Shown: positions 26,450-38,649 of the stretch, in pieces
How the letters are laid out: each line of letters opens with the position of its first letter
Position numbering within the stretch: the stretch's first letter is position 1
Assembly: GCA_904063045.1 (NCBI GenBank)
Contig: CAJFCJ010000073.1
Span: 1 to 55,257, forward strand
DNA from: Dimorphilus gyrociliatus
Lineage: Eukaryota; Animalia; Annelida
Length of the DNA stretch: 55,257 nucleotides
Direction of reading: 5' to 3'
Notes under the pieces: generated by a model
Databases searched by the model: none
Told to the model about the DNA's origin: nothing
The model's input: only the letters and a program-made list of their open reading frames with translations
Program-made: the position numbers and the translations under genes

Positions 26450-27110
26450 TTAGATTATGTGACCATTTGAATGCATAGATATTTCCAGGAAAATCACGCC
26501 CATTATAGGAATTATAGCATGTTCTAAGATTAAGAGAACGACTGCTTGTTGTATCAGTAATGAAGTGTTCAAAGTTATATACTCTATTTACATAACATTT
26601 CCCTCAAGTGACAATTTAAGTGAAAATTGGTCTACTTTTACAATGCTATAAACGAATTCATTTGTTCCATAACTTTCTGGTAAATAATATTTGAAAACAA
26701 ATTGTATAATCATTGGTGAATATACATTCGTAAATTGTCATGAATAGATCAAAGAAAAGATCAAATGCACTTTGCCATATTCGCAAATATGACCTGACAT
26801 CAAGTCAACCCTCCTGGACAACGAGATGACTCTGAGTCATACAGTTGTTTATATGTAGACATTTTTGGCGCTTTCATTCCTCGCATTCGATTGCTTTAAT
26901 GACACCCTTATAAATAATCAAAATATCCAAAATATATGCAACCGTCAGCATTAAATTTCACACCATTACCCTTAATTATTCCGTGTTGAATATAGTCACT
27001 GATATCAGTTGAAGTTGTACCATCCGAAATTGTCTTATCTGCTATAGCATTGTACCACTCATACAGTAGAATAGTATTTGCCTCATTTAACAGAAAAGGC
27101 AATCTTGAGG
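26450..27110 (-). pseudogene. Possible LamG/concanavalin-like domain remnant
   Basis: ORF 26908-27102 (..GIIKGNGVKFNADGCIYFG), followed by S..RCPGGLT, resembling the C..dp..Cp.GfT motif; stops intervene. Confidence 0.3.
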
Positions 27111-28475
27111 AGCCTAACGAGAGGGTGAAGAATAGAAAATTTTCAATTGAATCTTATAAAAAAAGAGAGGAAAAATAAAATTTGCTAACTTGGAGAAATA
27201 CGAAATAAAATTATTAAATATGAAAAAAAAGTTTTTCTTTCATAGAACAGTTCTACTATTAACATTTGCTGTCTAATCAAATAAGCTGAAATTGTCTTTA
27301 TAATTGATTAATTGCTTATTTACTAGATATTCTGTTCTGACAGTAATGTTAACTTAGAATAGCAATTTCAATAGATCTCTCAATGTCATTAACAAATAAA
27401 AATTGCTTCTTTTCAGAGAAATATTATATCTAGAGCAATAATCCATTACCTGGAAGACTACAGCTAAAAATATTTTAGTTTTATGCCATTTTATCTACAG
27501 TTTAAAAAACTACTGTCAATAAAAGATGAAAATCGAACCTCCAACTAATCATTTACACTTGATTATCACTTGTGTATTTTGTTTCACATCTAACCCTAAC
27601 CCTAACCTAAACGTTTCTTTCATAATGTCGCTTTAAACAGCTCTTTTACAAACTTCAAACTGCACTCATTGTCTGATAAATTACCTTTAATTTAATCTAA
27701 AGTATCCTTCTTAAAAACAACGACTCTTCCTCCGTAAGATATTAGTGAAATTCTAAATATAACCATTTGTTTATATTTAAATCCTTAAGCTCTTTCTCTT
27801 TTTCTAATAATACTACAATCAATCTTCTCTCCATATTAAGAAGCAGAGTAAGCCCATATGACGTCATAAATAAAAGCCTTTTTTTATTAGATATTTTTGT
27901 TTTACAAGCCGAAATATATAACTGCCAGGTTATTAATTAACAATGCATATGACGGATGCACTTATCCTGGTCAATAAATTTCATTATGTATGTTGACATA
28001 TATTTGTGATGTTTCACTCCTAACTGAACGTTGTCTCCGATCTCACTTTACAGACTTATTGGCTTATCCCTCCTTCTTTTAAAAATTTTTTAAAAGCAAA
28101 TGTAATTGTTTTAAGGATGAGATTTTATGCTGTAAATTTATGACATCATATTTTATCAATCGCTTAAGATATTCCCGTTAGCTATTACTGAGTTGGCAAG
28201 AAAATTACAACAACAAGGAGAATGTAAAAACTAATCAATCATTTGCATATATAATTGCGTAAAAGCTACTTAAACAAGCTAAGGTCAACTACTAGGTTGT
28301 ATTTATTCATTAAAAATAGTTTGTTGTATAAAAGGGACGTGAGATTTGCTTGGAAGTTATATTGTCTAGACGAAACAGTATTTCTCATCACTAAGAATCT
28401 GAGAAGAAAGTTGTACTTTTTTTAATTAGTTAGAGATCCGAGAGCAATTTTTTGACATTTTTATTAAGTTCAAAA

Positions 28476-28915
28476 ATGGCAATTCCATCTTTATCAATTT
28501 TAATTTGTGTTTTGTTCTCTCCAACCGTGAAATCAAAAGGTAATGTTCTTTTCATTGCTTGCTTAACAAGCTGAACCTTAAATATAAAATATATATTTAA
28601 TAGTTTTTGGTTTGGAATATTATAACTTATCCAATCATTTCATGCCTAATTATCCTCTTCGATTGAAGGAGATTGGAAATAAATCCGTATATATGGCAAC
28701 TGTAGATGATTGTAAATCTATCTGCGACTCGCGAATGGATTGCTTGTAAGTAAACAATATTTTTACATTCCTTTAGAATTAAATCTTGTCCACTTCTTTG
28801 CTACAGATCTTTCAGCTATCAAAGAGCTGTTTCATACTGCTACTTTAAAAATGAAACCAAAAGTGGTATTTTCAAATCGCAATTCTATGATCACTACTTT
28901 AAAATTCAGTGTAAG
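28476..28915 (+). CDS. Small secreted PAN/Apple-domain protein (3' end uncertain)
   Basis: Signal exon MAIPSLSILICVLFSPTVKSK/gt. Exon ..MATVDDCKSICDSRMDCL/gtaagt. Exon SFSYQRAVSYCYFKNETKSG..YDHYFK. Confidence 0.65.
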
Positions 28916-30550
28916 ATACTATCTTTTATGTTTATGTGAAAGTTCAACTTTCATATTCATTATTAAAAATTCACGCCATAAAAGAGATCATAATGATCTT
29001 ATTCCAGTTTAAACAATAAAGATGGTAAACTACAACTCTGATAAATGATAACATTTTACTAAACAGATATTTTCAAGAATAGAGGTCAATTATGGGTAAT
29101 TCATTTGAATCTTATTAATCAAAATATACATATATTTAAATATATGTTAATGAAGGGTAGAACATCAATCAACGGGCGTTTTTATGCAAAGTTATTGATA
29201 GAATAGACGCACTGAAGGCTTTTAAACTTTCTTTAATTTACTTTTCTTTACTATTATAAATGTATATTTAGAGATTGGCTACAGTACTTTGTTATGTTCT
29301 ACAAGTGAAAAACTAGAAGTCAGTTTTTGGAAAGACGATATCAATAAGTTATCGATAAGATTGCTTAAAAAGACTGTCAAAAAACCTTTTCGCTATTCTA
29401 GTTATATTATTTTGAACAGCATGAAACATGAACAACTGAAATATTCCAATATTATAATATAAAAGCTATTGTTCATATTTATAAACATTGTTCTAACAAT
29501 CTACAAACAGTTTATAAACTTGATTAAGAAAGTTGACATTTAGATGGTGATGGAAAATTTTCTTCCAATTTCAATGGCAGCTCGTTGAAGAAAGGAGAAA
29601 AATTAATATGGAATGAATTCATTACAATTACAGCTTAGAAAGAAATCTTCCATCTCCAATTCTATGTGATTCTACTGTGATTTTGAATTGGTTGTATATC
29701 CATAGAATTTGTATGCATTCTGTCATCATAAACGAGAATTTCACACTCATTTTTTATCTACAACTACCTTTAATTCTATAGAAACGTAAAAGGACCAACA
29801 ATGATCAAATCGTAGGTACTCGAGTAGAACAGTACTTCCTGGAACCTCTGTGATAGACACTCTATATGATGTTTCCTTACTATCTCTCTTAGTGGAAAAG
29901 GATTTAAATTCGCTAAATTCGCCTTTCAAAACGATGGAACAACGATCCATTTCTTTTTTCCCATCTTCTCACTGCTTTGTCAATCAAGACGCTACTTTCA
30001 TATTATGATTATCATACGTTTGTTAATAAATACAATAATCTTGAAAACTTTTAATCTGTCTTGACAATCAGGAATTTTTACTTTTCCATCAATTGCACAA
30101 ATCAATTTCATTATTAGACTATTTTGAACAAAATGAAAGATTAATGATAAGTATCCATGAGTCTTGGTTAGGATGACGTATGAAGTCATTCACCTGTATA
30201 ATTTTATAATGTACTTGATAAACTTTCAATTCACACTAAATGATTTATAAGGATCAATATTGAATCACAAAAATGTTATGAGTAGTTTGTGAACAGCTAG
30301 TTTTCACATAAAAAAAGTAAAATGCTAAGAATAAATAATCCATTAAACAATACAAATTTTCGATCTTTGTTAATGTTATTTAAGGTTATTGAATTTTATT
30401 AGAGTTCATTTTTATTGTAATACAAAAGGTCTTGGAATAAATGAATTGATCTATTAAGGATTACAAGTGTTCAATCAATTGTCTTATATTTGCATATTTA
30501 AGTTCAATTTAACAATACTCAGTTACTTACTATCGGTATTCTAACAAAAA

Positions 30551-32692
30551 ATGACAAAGTTAACTTTACAAACTTCCATTGTCAGTTTCTTATGTTTATT
30601 TTCCTTATCCTATACATTCAAAAGAGGTATGTTTATTCATTTTTTTATTACAATTCACTCCAAAAGGAAAACGTGCATTTATCTTCTCAATTTTTAGGTG
30701 GAGGACTAATTAATGTGGCGCATGAAAAATACGGTGCATCCTGCACTGCAAACTCAGAGTTTGATGATTTACATAAATGTAACAATACATTGCATCCTCA
30801 ATGGGAAAATAATGATGAATGGATGAGCAACTGCAATAATGAGAATGATTGTCTTTTATCATATATCCAAATAAATTTCCCCAAACCATATGATATCACT
30901 CAAATATGCATACATCAGAGATTCTACAGCTCTAAATTTCATTTGGAGAAGGCGATTGGTAAATTTAGTAATGGCGCCACTGCTACTATATACTTTTTTT
31001 CCGGACAAATCGAAAGTTGCATTCTACTCGATGAAGATATTGGAAAAGATTCAAACTGGATAAGATTTCAATACTTGAAAAGTTCTGAATATCAAAATAC
31101 AGGATTGCGGGCCGTTTTAGCCTATGCTTACAAGGGTAAGAGTAATAGTTTAAAGGAGAGAAGAGTGATTTATTAAGCTTTTAACAGATTCAGTTGATGT
31201 TATTGATGATAATGAAGATGATTTACATTATACAAATGTTGCTGATAAAACAATTGGTGCAACTTGCGAACAGAGCAGCCAGAAAGGCATTTCCTGGAAG
31301 TGTCAGAATGCCATAGATAATTTTAGTAGAGTGTATAATGGCCGACCAGGATGGGCTGGCAATTGTAATGCTGACACCTGCATAGGCGAATATATAATTA
31401 TTCATTTTCCCTTTAAAGTAAAACCAACAAAGCTTTGTTGCGCCGTAAACAGGTAATCAAAATATTTATAATCGTTGAGACTTAGAAAACTTTCTGTTTG
31501 CTTTTCATTTATTCAAATAGCCAAAGTTCTACGACATGGACAGAGACTTTTAATATTACTTGGAGTTCGGGAAGTATTTCTAGTATGAGTTTGAATGATC
31601 CTGACATAAATTGTCAGGATTATGAAGGAAAACATATTGAAAAATCTGTCAAGCTCACAATAAGTGAAACTATCACGATTCCAATAAATGGTTTTTCGAT
31701 TATTCAAGTTTTTGCCAGAGGTAAGTCTACCTATAACTTGCATTTCGCCTCTTGTTTTGATAGAATTCCTTTTGTATTTTAGTGATACCAGAAAGAATTT
31801 TTAAAATACAACCTCGCGATAAAGTCACCTATTATCTACCACTGCAATCCAGATCTATAGTATTTGGTTATCATAGTGACAAATGTAGAGAAACTATCTT
31901 CTACTTTAAAACTGATGGTGGCGAAAGTGTTTTTACTTTAGACATTACTTTGTTGGGAGATAATAAAGGATTAACACTTTTTCAATTCAGCCATCTAGAA
32001 GGTATTTTAGAAAAACAAGCGAAGGTGAATTGTAACATTTGGAATGAATTTTGGCTTGATTTTTCAAACAAGAAATTTTCATTCGGAACTGGAATTCAGT
32101 ATGGCTTAAATGAAGTATTTAATGTTCTTTTAAGTACTCAACTGATAATTTCAAAACTGAGCATATTAAACAAAGACAACAGTATTGCTAATTTATTTAC
32201 AGTTTATGATACAGGTTTGCATTGGTTGATTTTCCTATTAAAACCTTTAATTTGCTGCCAATTTAAGATGGAAGAAAGGTCAGTTTTGAAAATCCTTCAC
32301 AATGCGCGAAAAACCTACCGCGAAACGCTATTGCTCTCATGGATAGTTTATATGAGAGTTGTTCAACCATTGAAACATTAGACTGGATAATGAAGTTACG
32401 CCTTCTCTCTGAAAAATCTTTTCATATATTTAAGCAATCGCACCCTTCTATAACTCTAAAACATGGAATAACTCTAAATGACGATATTAACGTTACATTT
32501 CACTATGAAAATGTTAACAAGATGAATACTCCCTGTTTGCTGAAGGAAAGAATAAAATCTGTTGACAACTTAAATACTTATCGGTTTCAGTGTGGAGAAA
32601 CTTTTCAGATTGTTAAAGTTGTTTTCTTTCGTGTCCTTCTTTCTGTAAAGGAAATAATAAATCAAGTTGAAGTTTGTCACACCTACCCTTAA
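30551..32692 (+). CDS. Secreted F5/8C-like plus FAMeT-like protein, paralog C
   Basis: Signal exon MTKLTLQTSIVSFLCLFSLSY/gtatg. LINVAHEKYGASCTANS..EWMSNC (30592-31176). CNIWNEFWLDFSNKKFSFGTG (31782-32381). Terminal module 32339-32692. Confidence 0.8.
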
Positions 32693-32825
32693 ATAGTTAA
32701 TGCATACAAATGTTGAGGATATGTCATTAAATTCTGTTAAAGATAATAAATGTTTGACATTGAATACAACAATATTTAACAAACGATTCTTCTAACTTTA
32801 TTCTTCAACTTTGTTCCTTTTGTCC

Positions 32826-33033
32826 GGATAAGACAGAAAACGTCCACAAATTGGTGCTTTTACCCTAACCCTAACCCAGCCCTTAGCTGTACTTAACCTT
32901 TTTCCTTTACCCCTAACCCTCAGAGGAGACCCTCCTAACTACAAATCAGTTGCTGTTTTCTTTTGCCTAACCATTTCTCAATCCAAATTTTTGTCTTGAA
33001 ATTTCTCATTTGTGGACGTTTTCTGTCAACCCC
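32826..33033 (+). mobile_element. Telomere-repeat-bearing MITE, full length (208 bp)
   Basis: GACAGAAAACGTCCACAAAT and ATTTGTGGACGTTTTCTGTC are perfect 20-bp inverted repeats; CCCTAACCCTAACCCAGCCC at 32863-32882. Confidence 0.92.
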
Positions 33034-33434
33034 ATTTCACCTTACTCTGATATCACTGAATGAGCATTAAGTTTTAAATTGTTGTTGAAAATGACGCTTA
33101 AGGCTGTTTTTATACTGATGTGACATTTGAAAATATGATAATTCCAAAATACAATTATTGCTAATGGTGATTTCAAAATTTGAAATAGTACAACTGTATG
33201 ACTGTTTTATGCATATATCATCTTCAAGCTGCCCAAAAAGGTCAAGGTCACCTTATTTCCAAGGTTTGTCCCTAGAGCTGAGCAAAATACTTCTACCATG
33301 AAATCTTTGAAATCTCCATTATACAAGGAATTTGCAAAGCAATTTATCATTCTATAAAGTCTTGGTTGTCCTTTACTATTTTCCCCAAGTTTCCTTTTAA
33401 TTCCATGAATTAAAGTATGAGCTTACTCGCGTTT

Positions 33435-33642
33435 GGGACCGGTCGAAAACGGCCATAAATGAAATATTTGAAAGTTAGATTTCAGCCTGGGAAATGGTTA
33501 GGAGAAATAAGATAACTGTTGATATGTTCTTAGGAGGGTCCCATCTAAGGGTTAGGGGTATTCAAAAAGGTTAGGCAAAAACAAGGCCTGGGTTAGGGTT
33601 AGGGTAAAACCATAGATTTATGGCCGTTTTCTACCACATCCC
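33435..33642 (-). mobile_element. Telomere-repeat MITE, subfamily 2 (208 bp), 8-bp TSD TCGCGTTT
   Basis: TCGCGTTT at 33427-33434 and 33643-33650. Termini GGGA..TCCC. Subterminal IR GAAAACGGCCATAAAT / ATTTATGGCCGTTTTC. Internal GGGTTAGGGTTAGGG. Confidence 0.92.
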
Positions 33643-33780
33643 TCGCGTTTTACTGTACTTGAATGCAAACATATTCAATGTAGGTGCCCATGAGGTAAGT
33701 GAACACATAATTTATTTCCATATTAAGTTCGAACAATACAATTAGGCTTCACGCATAAGTGATATAAGTAGATTGAACAG

Positions 33781-33979
33781 GGTGGGGGTGTGAACATACC
33801 CTTATTATTACTTGAATAATATATATGAGGTTGAGCGCATTATCTGCTATTTATATTCTCTATCCCTAAATTGGAGCCCCTCTAACAATAAATCCATCCA
33901 AATTTTCAAACGAACCCTTTCCTAAAATGTTTTCAGAGTTGGAAATATTGGCTAACAGGCACATTCGCACCCGACCCCC
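33781..33979. repeat. Element bounded by GC-rich inverted repeats (GGGTGTGAAC...TTCGCACCCGACCCCC)
   Basis: Same two arms as the compact hairpins at 38216-38245 and 53153-53185, here ~170 bp apart. Confidence 0.45.
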
Positions 33980-34417
33980 CATTAAACATAGTTTAAGAAA
34001 ATTGAAATATACTTTTAAGAAGTTAAGTACATGTTCGATGCTGCTAATCATAAATCCATTACTGTTTTATTTGCGTAATTTGAAATCATTTTACAACATG
34101 AAGATACTTTCTTCATAAAATACGTCTTTATCATTGATAGTAAAGGAATTTTTACCCTTAATCTTGCCATATTAGATTGTTTTTGTCTAAAACCACGAGG
34201 ATGAATTTTGGTAATCAATTGACCTCGCAATTTTATAAAAAAATATAAACGTTAAAGTTACCATTTCATATTTTTCTTTAATATAAAAAGTAAACAGATT
34301 AATATATTTATACTGTATATATACTTGAAAAGTATTTCTACATCACAGTATTTGTTACACTCTTCAACACTTGCCATAAGTAGAGTTGTTAAATTAAGAA
34401 ATTGATATTGATCAACC

Positions 34418-35315
34418 ATGTACCTGACAACAAAAGAAAAGTTTTCAAACCAAAAAGTCCAAAAGTATGCACCACCTCCAACAAACAGGTATTATAAGAA
34501 AAATCAAACAGCAAAGACAATCCTGAAAAAGGAACCTAAGCTGCAAAAATTAGAAACATTAGACAATGATAGCATGTCAGAAAATGATGAAGTTCAAGAT
34601 ATTCTCCATTTTTCAGATAGTGAAGAATCCATTTGTCAGCTGTTACAAAGCAAACAATCTGAGCAAAATGCTTTAACATTTATTGGACAATTTGAAACTA
34701 ATACTGGTTTTAAGTTTGATGACTTGATAGACTCTGGTAGTGACAGATCATTTCAAAAAAGGTATTAAGACAAGTTCAAGGAAAAGCATCCTTCCCAGAA
34801 CAAACTGTGAAAAATGCTAGAGACGCTTCAGGTAATAGCATAGAGATATGTGGAGAAATCATTCTCAGACTTTATTTTAATGGAAAAATTATTAAACAAT
34901 GCTTTCTGATCAACAAAATCATTATACAACAATGTATTATTGGGTGTGACTTTCTACAACAAAATGGAGCTACCCTTGACTTTGGCAAGAGGCAGATTAT
35001 ACTCCAGCCAGTTATGGAAAAGAATTACCCTATTGGAACACAACACTTAGCTTTCAAAGGAAAGCTCAGTTCCTCTTACTATGAAAAAGAATGAGAGTCA
35101 AATACATATCATTCAGACAACAATTGAACAAGAAAATCCTGAGATGAAGCAAAAAGTTACCCAAATTCTGGAGAAATATAAAGAAACTATTGCAAAAGAC
35201 ATATTTAATATTGACAATCCCTGGAAATTACTCTTGAACCAGGTTCAACACCATATAGACAAAAGCCCTATAGAATGCCTCCTCATAAACAAGAAGAATG
35301 CAAACAACAACCAGC
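34418..35315 (+). mobile_element. Degenerate Ty3/gypsy gag-protease-RT N-terminal fragment
   Basis: Protease motif LIDSGSDRSF (34418-34768) and flap/C-terminal part CIIGCDFLQQNGATLDF (34807-35094). LEITLEPGSTPYRQKPYRMPPHKQEECK at ~35221-35305 is the typical RT N-terminus. Frameshifted. Confidence 0.85.
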
Positions 35316-37117
35316 TGAAGGATTATGTGTTTCATGTTTGTCATCGAAACACAAGACTTGCAAAACATTCTCAATGACAAAATTTAAACAATTGAATGAG
35401 AAATTAAATATAATTTTAGGTGAATATTACAAAAATACAACAGAGGTTATGAACAAAATTAATGAATATGAAAAAAATGCTGGGAAAAAATACAAAATTA
35501 TTATAATATTGTCAGACAAAAGTTTATTCTACCAAATGAACTTAGTTTGAATTTTTTCAAAACATTTTCAAATCAATGTGAAGAATTGTAAAATCTTTTG
35601 AAAAATTAAGAAAATTGAAAATAGAAATAGATAACAGCATTAAAGTTCAATATGGATTTCACAACTCTTGTGATATTATTGATCAGGTTAAAATTGAAAA
35701 CTTTGATAACAATCAAAAGGAAACATTTTCAATACTTAAAAAACACTTGATAACAGAGAACAAATTAGTTATTGATATGTCTGAAGAGCCTATTACAGAG
35801 AAGAAGATTAAAGATTTCGCAAAATTAACATTGAAAAATCAATTAATAGATATCAACTTCACTGCCTGTAGTTTGAAAACAGTACAATGTAAGGAAATTG
35901 GAAATGTCCTAAAAGATTGTTCAACAATAGAAGCAATTAATCTATCAAAGAATAAATATATGGATAGAGGAATTATAGATATTTGTGAAGTACTCAAAGC
36001 ATCATCAGATACTTTGAAAAATCTTTCTTTTAATTCAATGAATTTAAAATCAAACCAAAATACACTGATTGGAAATTTTCTTAAACATTGTTCTAGAATT
36101 GAAACAATAGATCTATCTTGGAATAGAGATATGGGGGATGGAATGATTGCTATTTGTAATGGACTTAAAATGTCATCAAAAACTTTGAAAAATTTAAATT
36201 TAAAATTCAATAACTTAAATGAACAGCGAAGTGAAGAGATTGGATATTTGCTGAAATTTTGCAACAGAATAGAAACAATAAATCTTTCTGGGAATGAAGA
36301 TATTCAAATACGGACTATTTGTGATGGACTTCAAATGTCATCAAATAATTTGAAATATATTGATTTAGAGCTTTGTTATTTAAATGATGAACAAGGTAAA
36401 AAGATTGGACATTTTCTTAAAATGTTGTTCCAGGATTGAGACAATAAACCTTTCTGGAAATGGAAATATCAAAAATCAAATATGGACTATTTGTGATGGA
36501 CTTCAAAAATCATCAAACTCTTTAAAGAATATTTCTTTAAATTCAATGAATTTGGAAGAAAAACAAAGTACAGAAATTGGAAATTTGCTGAAAAATTGTT
36601 CCTCAATTGAAACAATTGATCTATCAGTAAACAATAATATGGGGAATGGATTTTTGAATATTTGTGAAGGACTAAAAATGTCTTCAGACACTTTAAAAAA
36701 TTTTGGTGTGAATTAAATTGTAAACAAAGTATTAAGATAGGAAACTTGCTAAAACATTGTTGCAGATTGGAAACCATATGTCTATCTCAGAACATATATA
36801 TGGGAAATGGATTATCAAATATTTGTGAAGGACTTGAATGGTCATCAAACACTTTGAAAAATCTTGATGTAAGTTATTCTCAATTGAATGAAACACAAAG
36901 TATTGAGATTGGAGAATTGCTTAAACATTGTTCTAGAATTGAAACAATATGTCTTTCTGGGAATAAACAAATGGCTAATGGAAAATTGAATATTTGTGAA
37001 GGACTTCAAATGTCATTAAACACTTTAAAGAAATTTGCTTTTGATGGTTGTAATTTGAATAAAGTGGACTTCATAAAAATTGGAACACCTCGAATTTTGA
37101 ATAGGCCAACATATTAA
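35316..37117 (+). pseudogene. Intronless B-box-like / coiled-coil / RI-type LRR gene with several frameshifts
   Basis: GLCVSCLSSKHKTC then a coiled-coil-like stretch (35275-35550). LRRs alternate 28 and 29 aa in ORFs 35615-36439, 36384-36716 and 36746-37117, which overlap in different frames. Confidence 0.8.
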
Positions 37118-37299
37118 ATTTTTTCTGCATAAAATGTTAGATGAAGCTTAAATTTATATATAATTTTCTTTCAAATATGATTTAGGTAAGATTTTATATC
37201 ATTTTTTTTTGTTTATATTATGTACTGTTTTATTGATTTTTTTTTCTTATTTGGCATGCACTTCATAATAATTGGAACACCAACAAAAATGTTTATATT

Positions 37300-37645
37300 A
37301 TTCCTACTTTTGTATCTGACTACCCTCTTTTTCGATGCATTGCCATTCCATCATATAGACATGGTAACAACCCTGGCTGCTCTTTTATAAGCTCATAAGA
37401 GCATTTTTTGATTATTTTTCACAATTTGTCCTCTGATTCAAATTGTGGACCATTGTATACCAGGTTTTTGGTAAGGTGCCACATGTTCTCAATTGGGCTG
37501 AGGTCGGGGCTCTTTGCTGGCCAATCAAGAGGATGGATATCATTCATTTGAAGGCTCTTTTAGTTGTCCTCGCTGTGTGGCACCCAGCATTGTCTTGCTG
37601 GAAGATGTATTTCCTCCCCATTTTTGCCTCAATCTCTTTTGATTG
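37300..37645 (-). mobile_element. Degenerate Tc1 transposase C-terminal fragment (second family)
   Basis: Minus strand reads YIFQQDNAGCHTARTT..(shift)..DWPAKSPDLSPIENMW..NLVYNGPQFESEDKL*. Confidence 0.85.
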
Positions 37646-37654
37646 AGACTATTG

Positions 37655-37700
37655 CAGGGTTGGGTTAGGGTTACAGGGAGATCTCTTTTTAGTTGATTAT
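37655..37700 (-). repeat. Fragment of the telomere-repeat MITE
   Basis: GGGTTGGGTTAGGGTTACAGGGAGATCTC..TAGTTGATT resembles the MITE core. Confidence 0.45.
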
Positions 37701-38649
37701 TGGAATATGATCCTTGGAGCTTGCTTTTTAATTGTTGTCAAAAACATTGCATACTAGGCCTTTAAACACATTGATATTATCAATTGAAATATTAACATGT
37801 GATTTTTTTTGCTGAATATGGAAAAAATGTAAGAAATTGAAAAATTCAAATAAAACAAGGTGTAAATTTAATATTAAGTTGGAAAAGTATGTTATTTTGA
37901 TGTAAATGACCAATTTAACAACATTGAATTAGTGGATTTTGTTTATTTTTGGAATTCTAATAAGTAACGTTGTTATTTGTCCTAAATTAAAAATTTAATG
38001 AAATTTAACTAATTAGGAAAACAGTTGTATGACTTTTATTTGGAAATTAACCCTGTTTTTGATTGTAAAACTTTTATATTTATCCTCCCACTAAATAAAT
38101 ATATATTATGCTGGCTGGCCAGTTGTTTATCCCTTTTGCTACTTTGACAAGTTTACAAATATCTTTGTTGTTTCCTGGGATTGTGTGCTAATGTACCTGA
38201 GTGTCAATCTACCTAGGTGTGAATATGCCCCATATGGTTCACGCCCTCTTTTTCTTTATTATGCCATTGTTAATATTATTGATTCAAAAGAGTGGAGACA
38301 TTAAAATGAATATGAGTTTATATAAAGTGTATTATTTATAATTGCCTTTGAAAACATACTCTGCTTTTGTAAACATCATTAATAATTCACCATTATAAAT
38401 TGCTATTAAAACTCAATTAATCTTTATCATCATTCTCAAACAAAAACTGTAACAGTTTATTTATTAATGAAGTTTAACTAGACGTTCTTTGTATAATCAA
38501 TTTCTTTGTGTAAATTAGTATAGTTTTACAGAAATTGCCTTGCTCAAAATAAGTAAATTGGCTGGTAATGTGTTTGTTTTTCATAGCAAGTTGAAAGTAT
38601 TAAGTACATTTTATAGTGAAATAAATTCAATATAGAAAAATAAATTCAA

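Noticed and set aside
27858-27867. ATGACGTCAT CRE palindrome
   Set aside because: A single 8-10-bp motif ~600 bp from the nearest start; compatible with chance.
29747-30189. Minus-strand ORFs 29747-29950 and 29998-30189
   Set aside because: No recognisable domain or clear splice structure; cannot be supported as a gene.
35900-37050. Regularly spaced repeats as a CRISPR-like array
   Set aside because: They are 171-bp coding LRR units in a eukaryotic gene; there are no unique spacers or cas genes.
37443-37646. Plus-strand 67-aa ORF as a gene
   Set aside because: It is the antisense shadow of the Tc1 DDE fragment on the minus strand.
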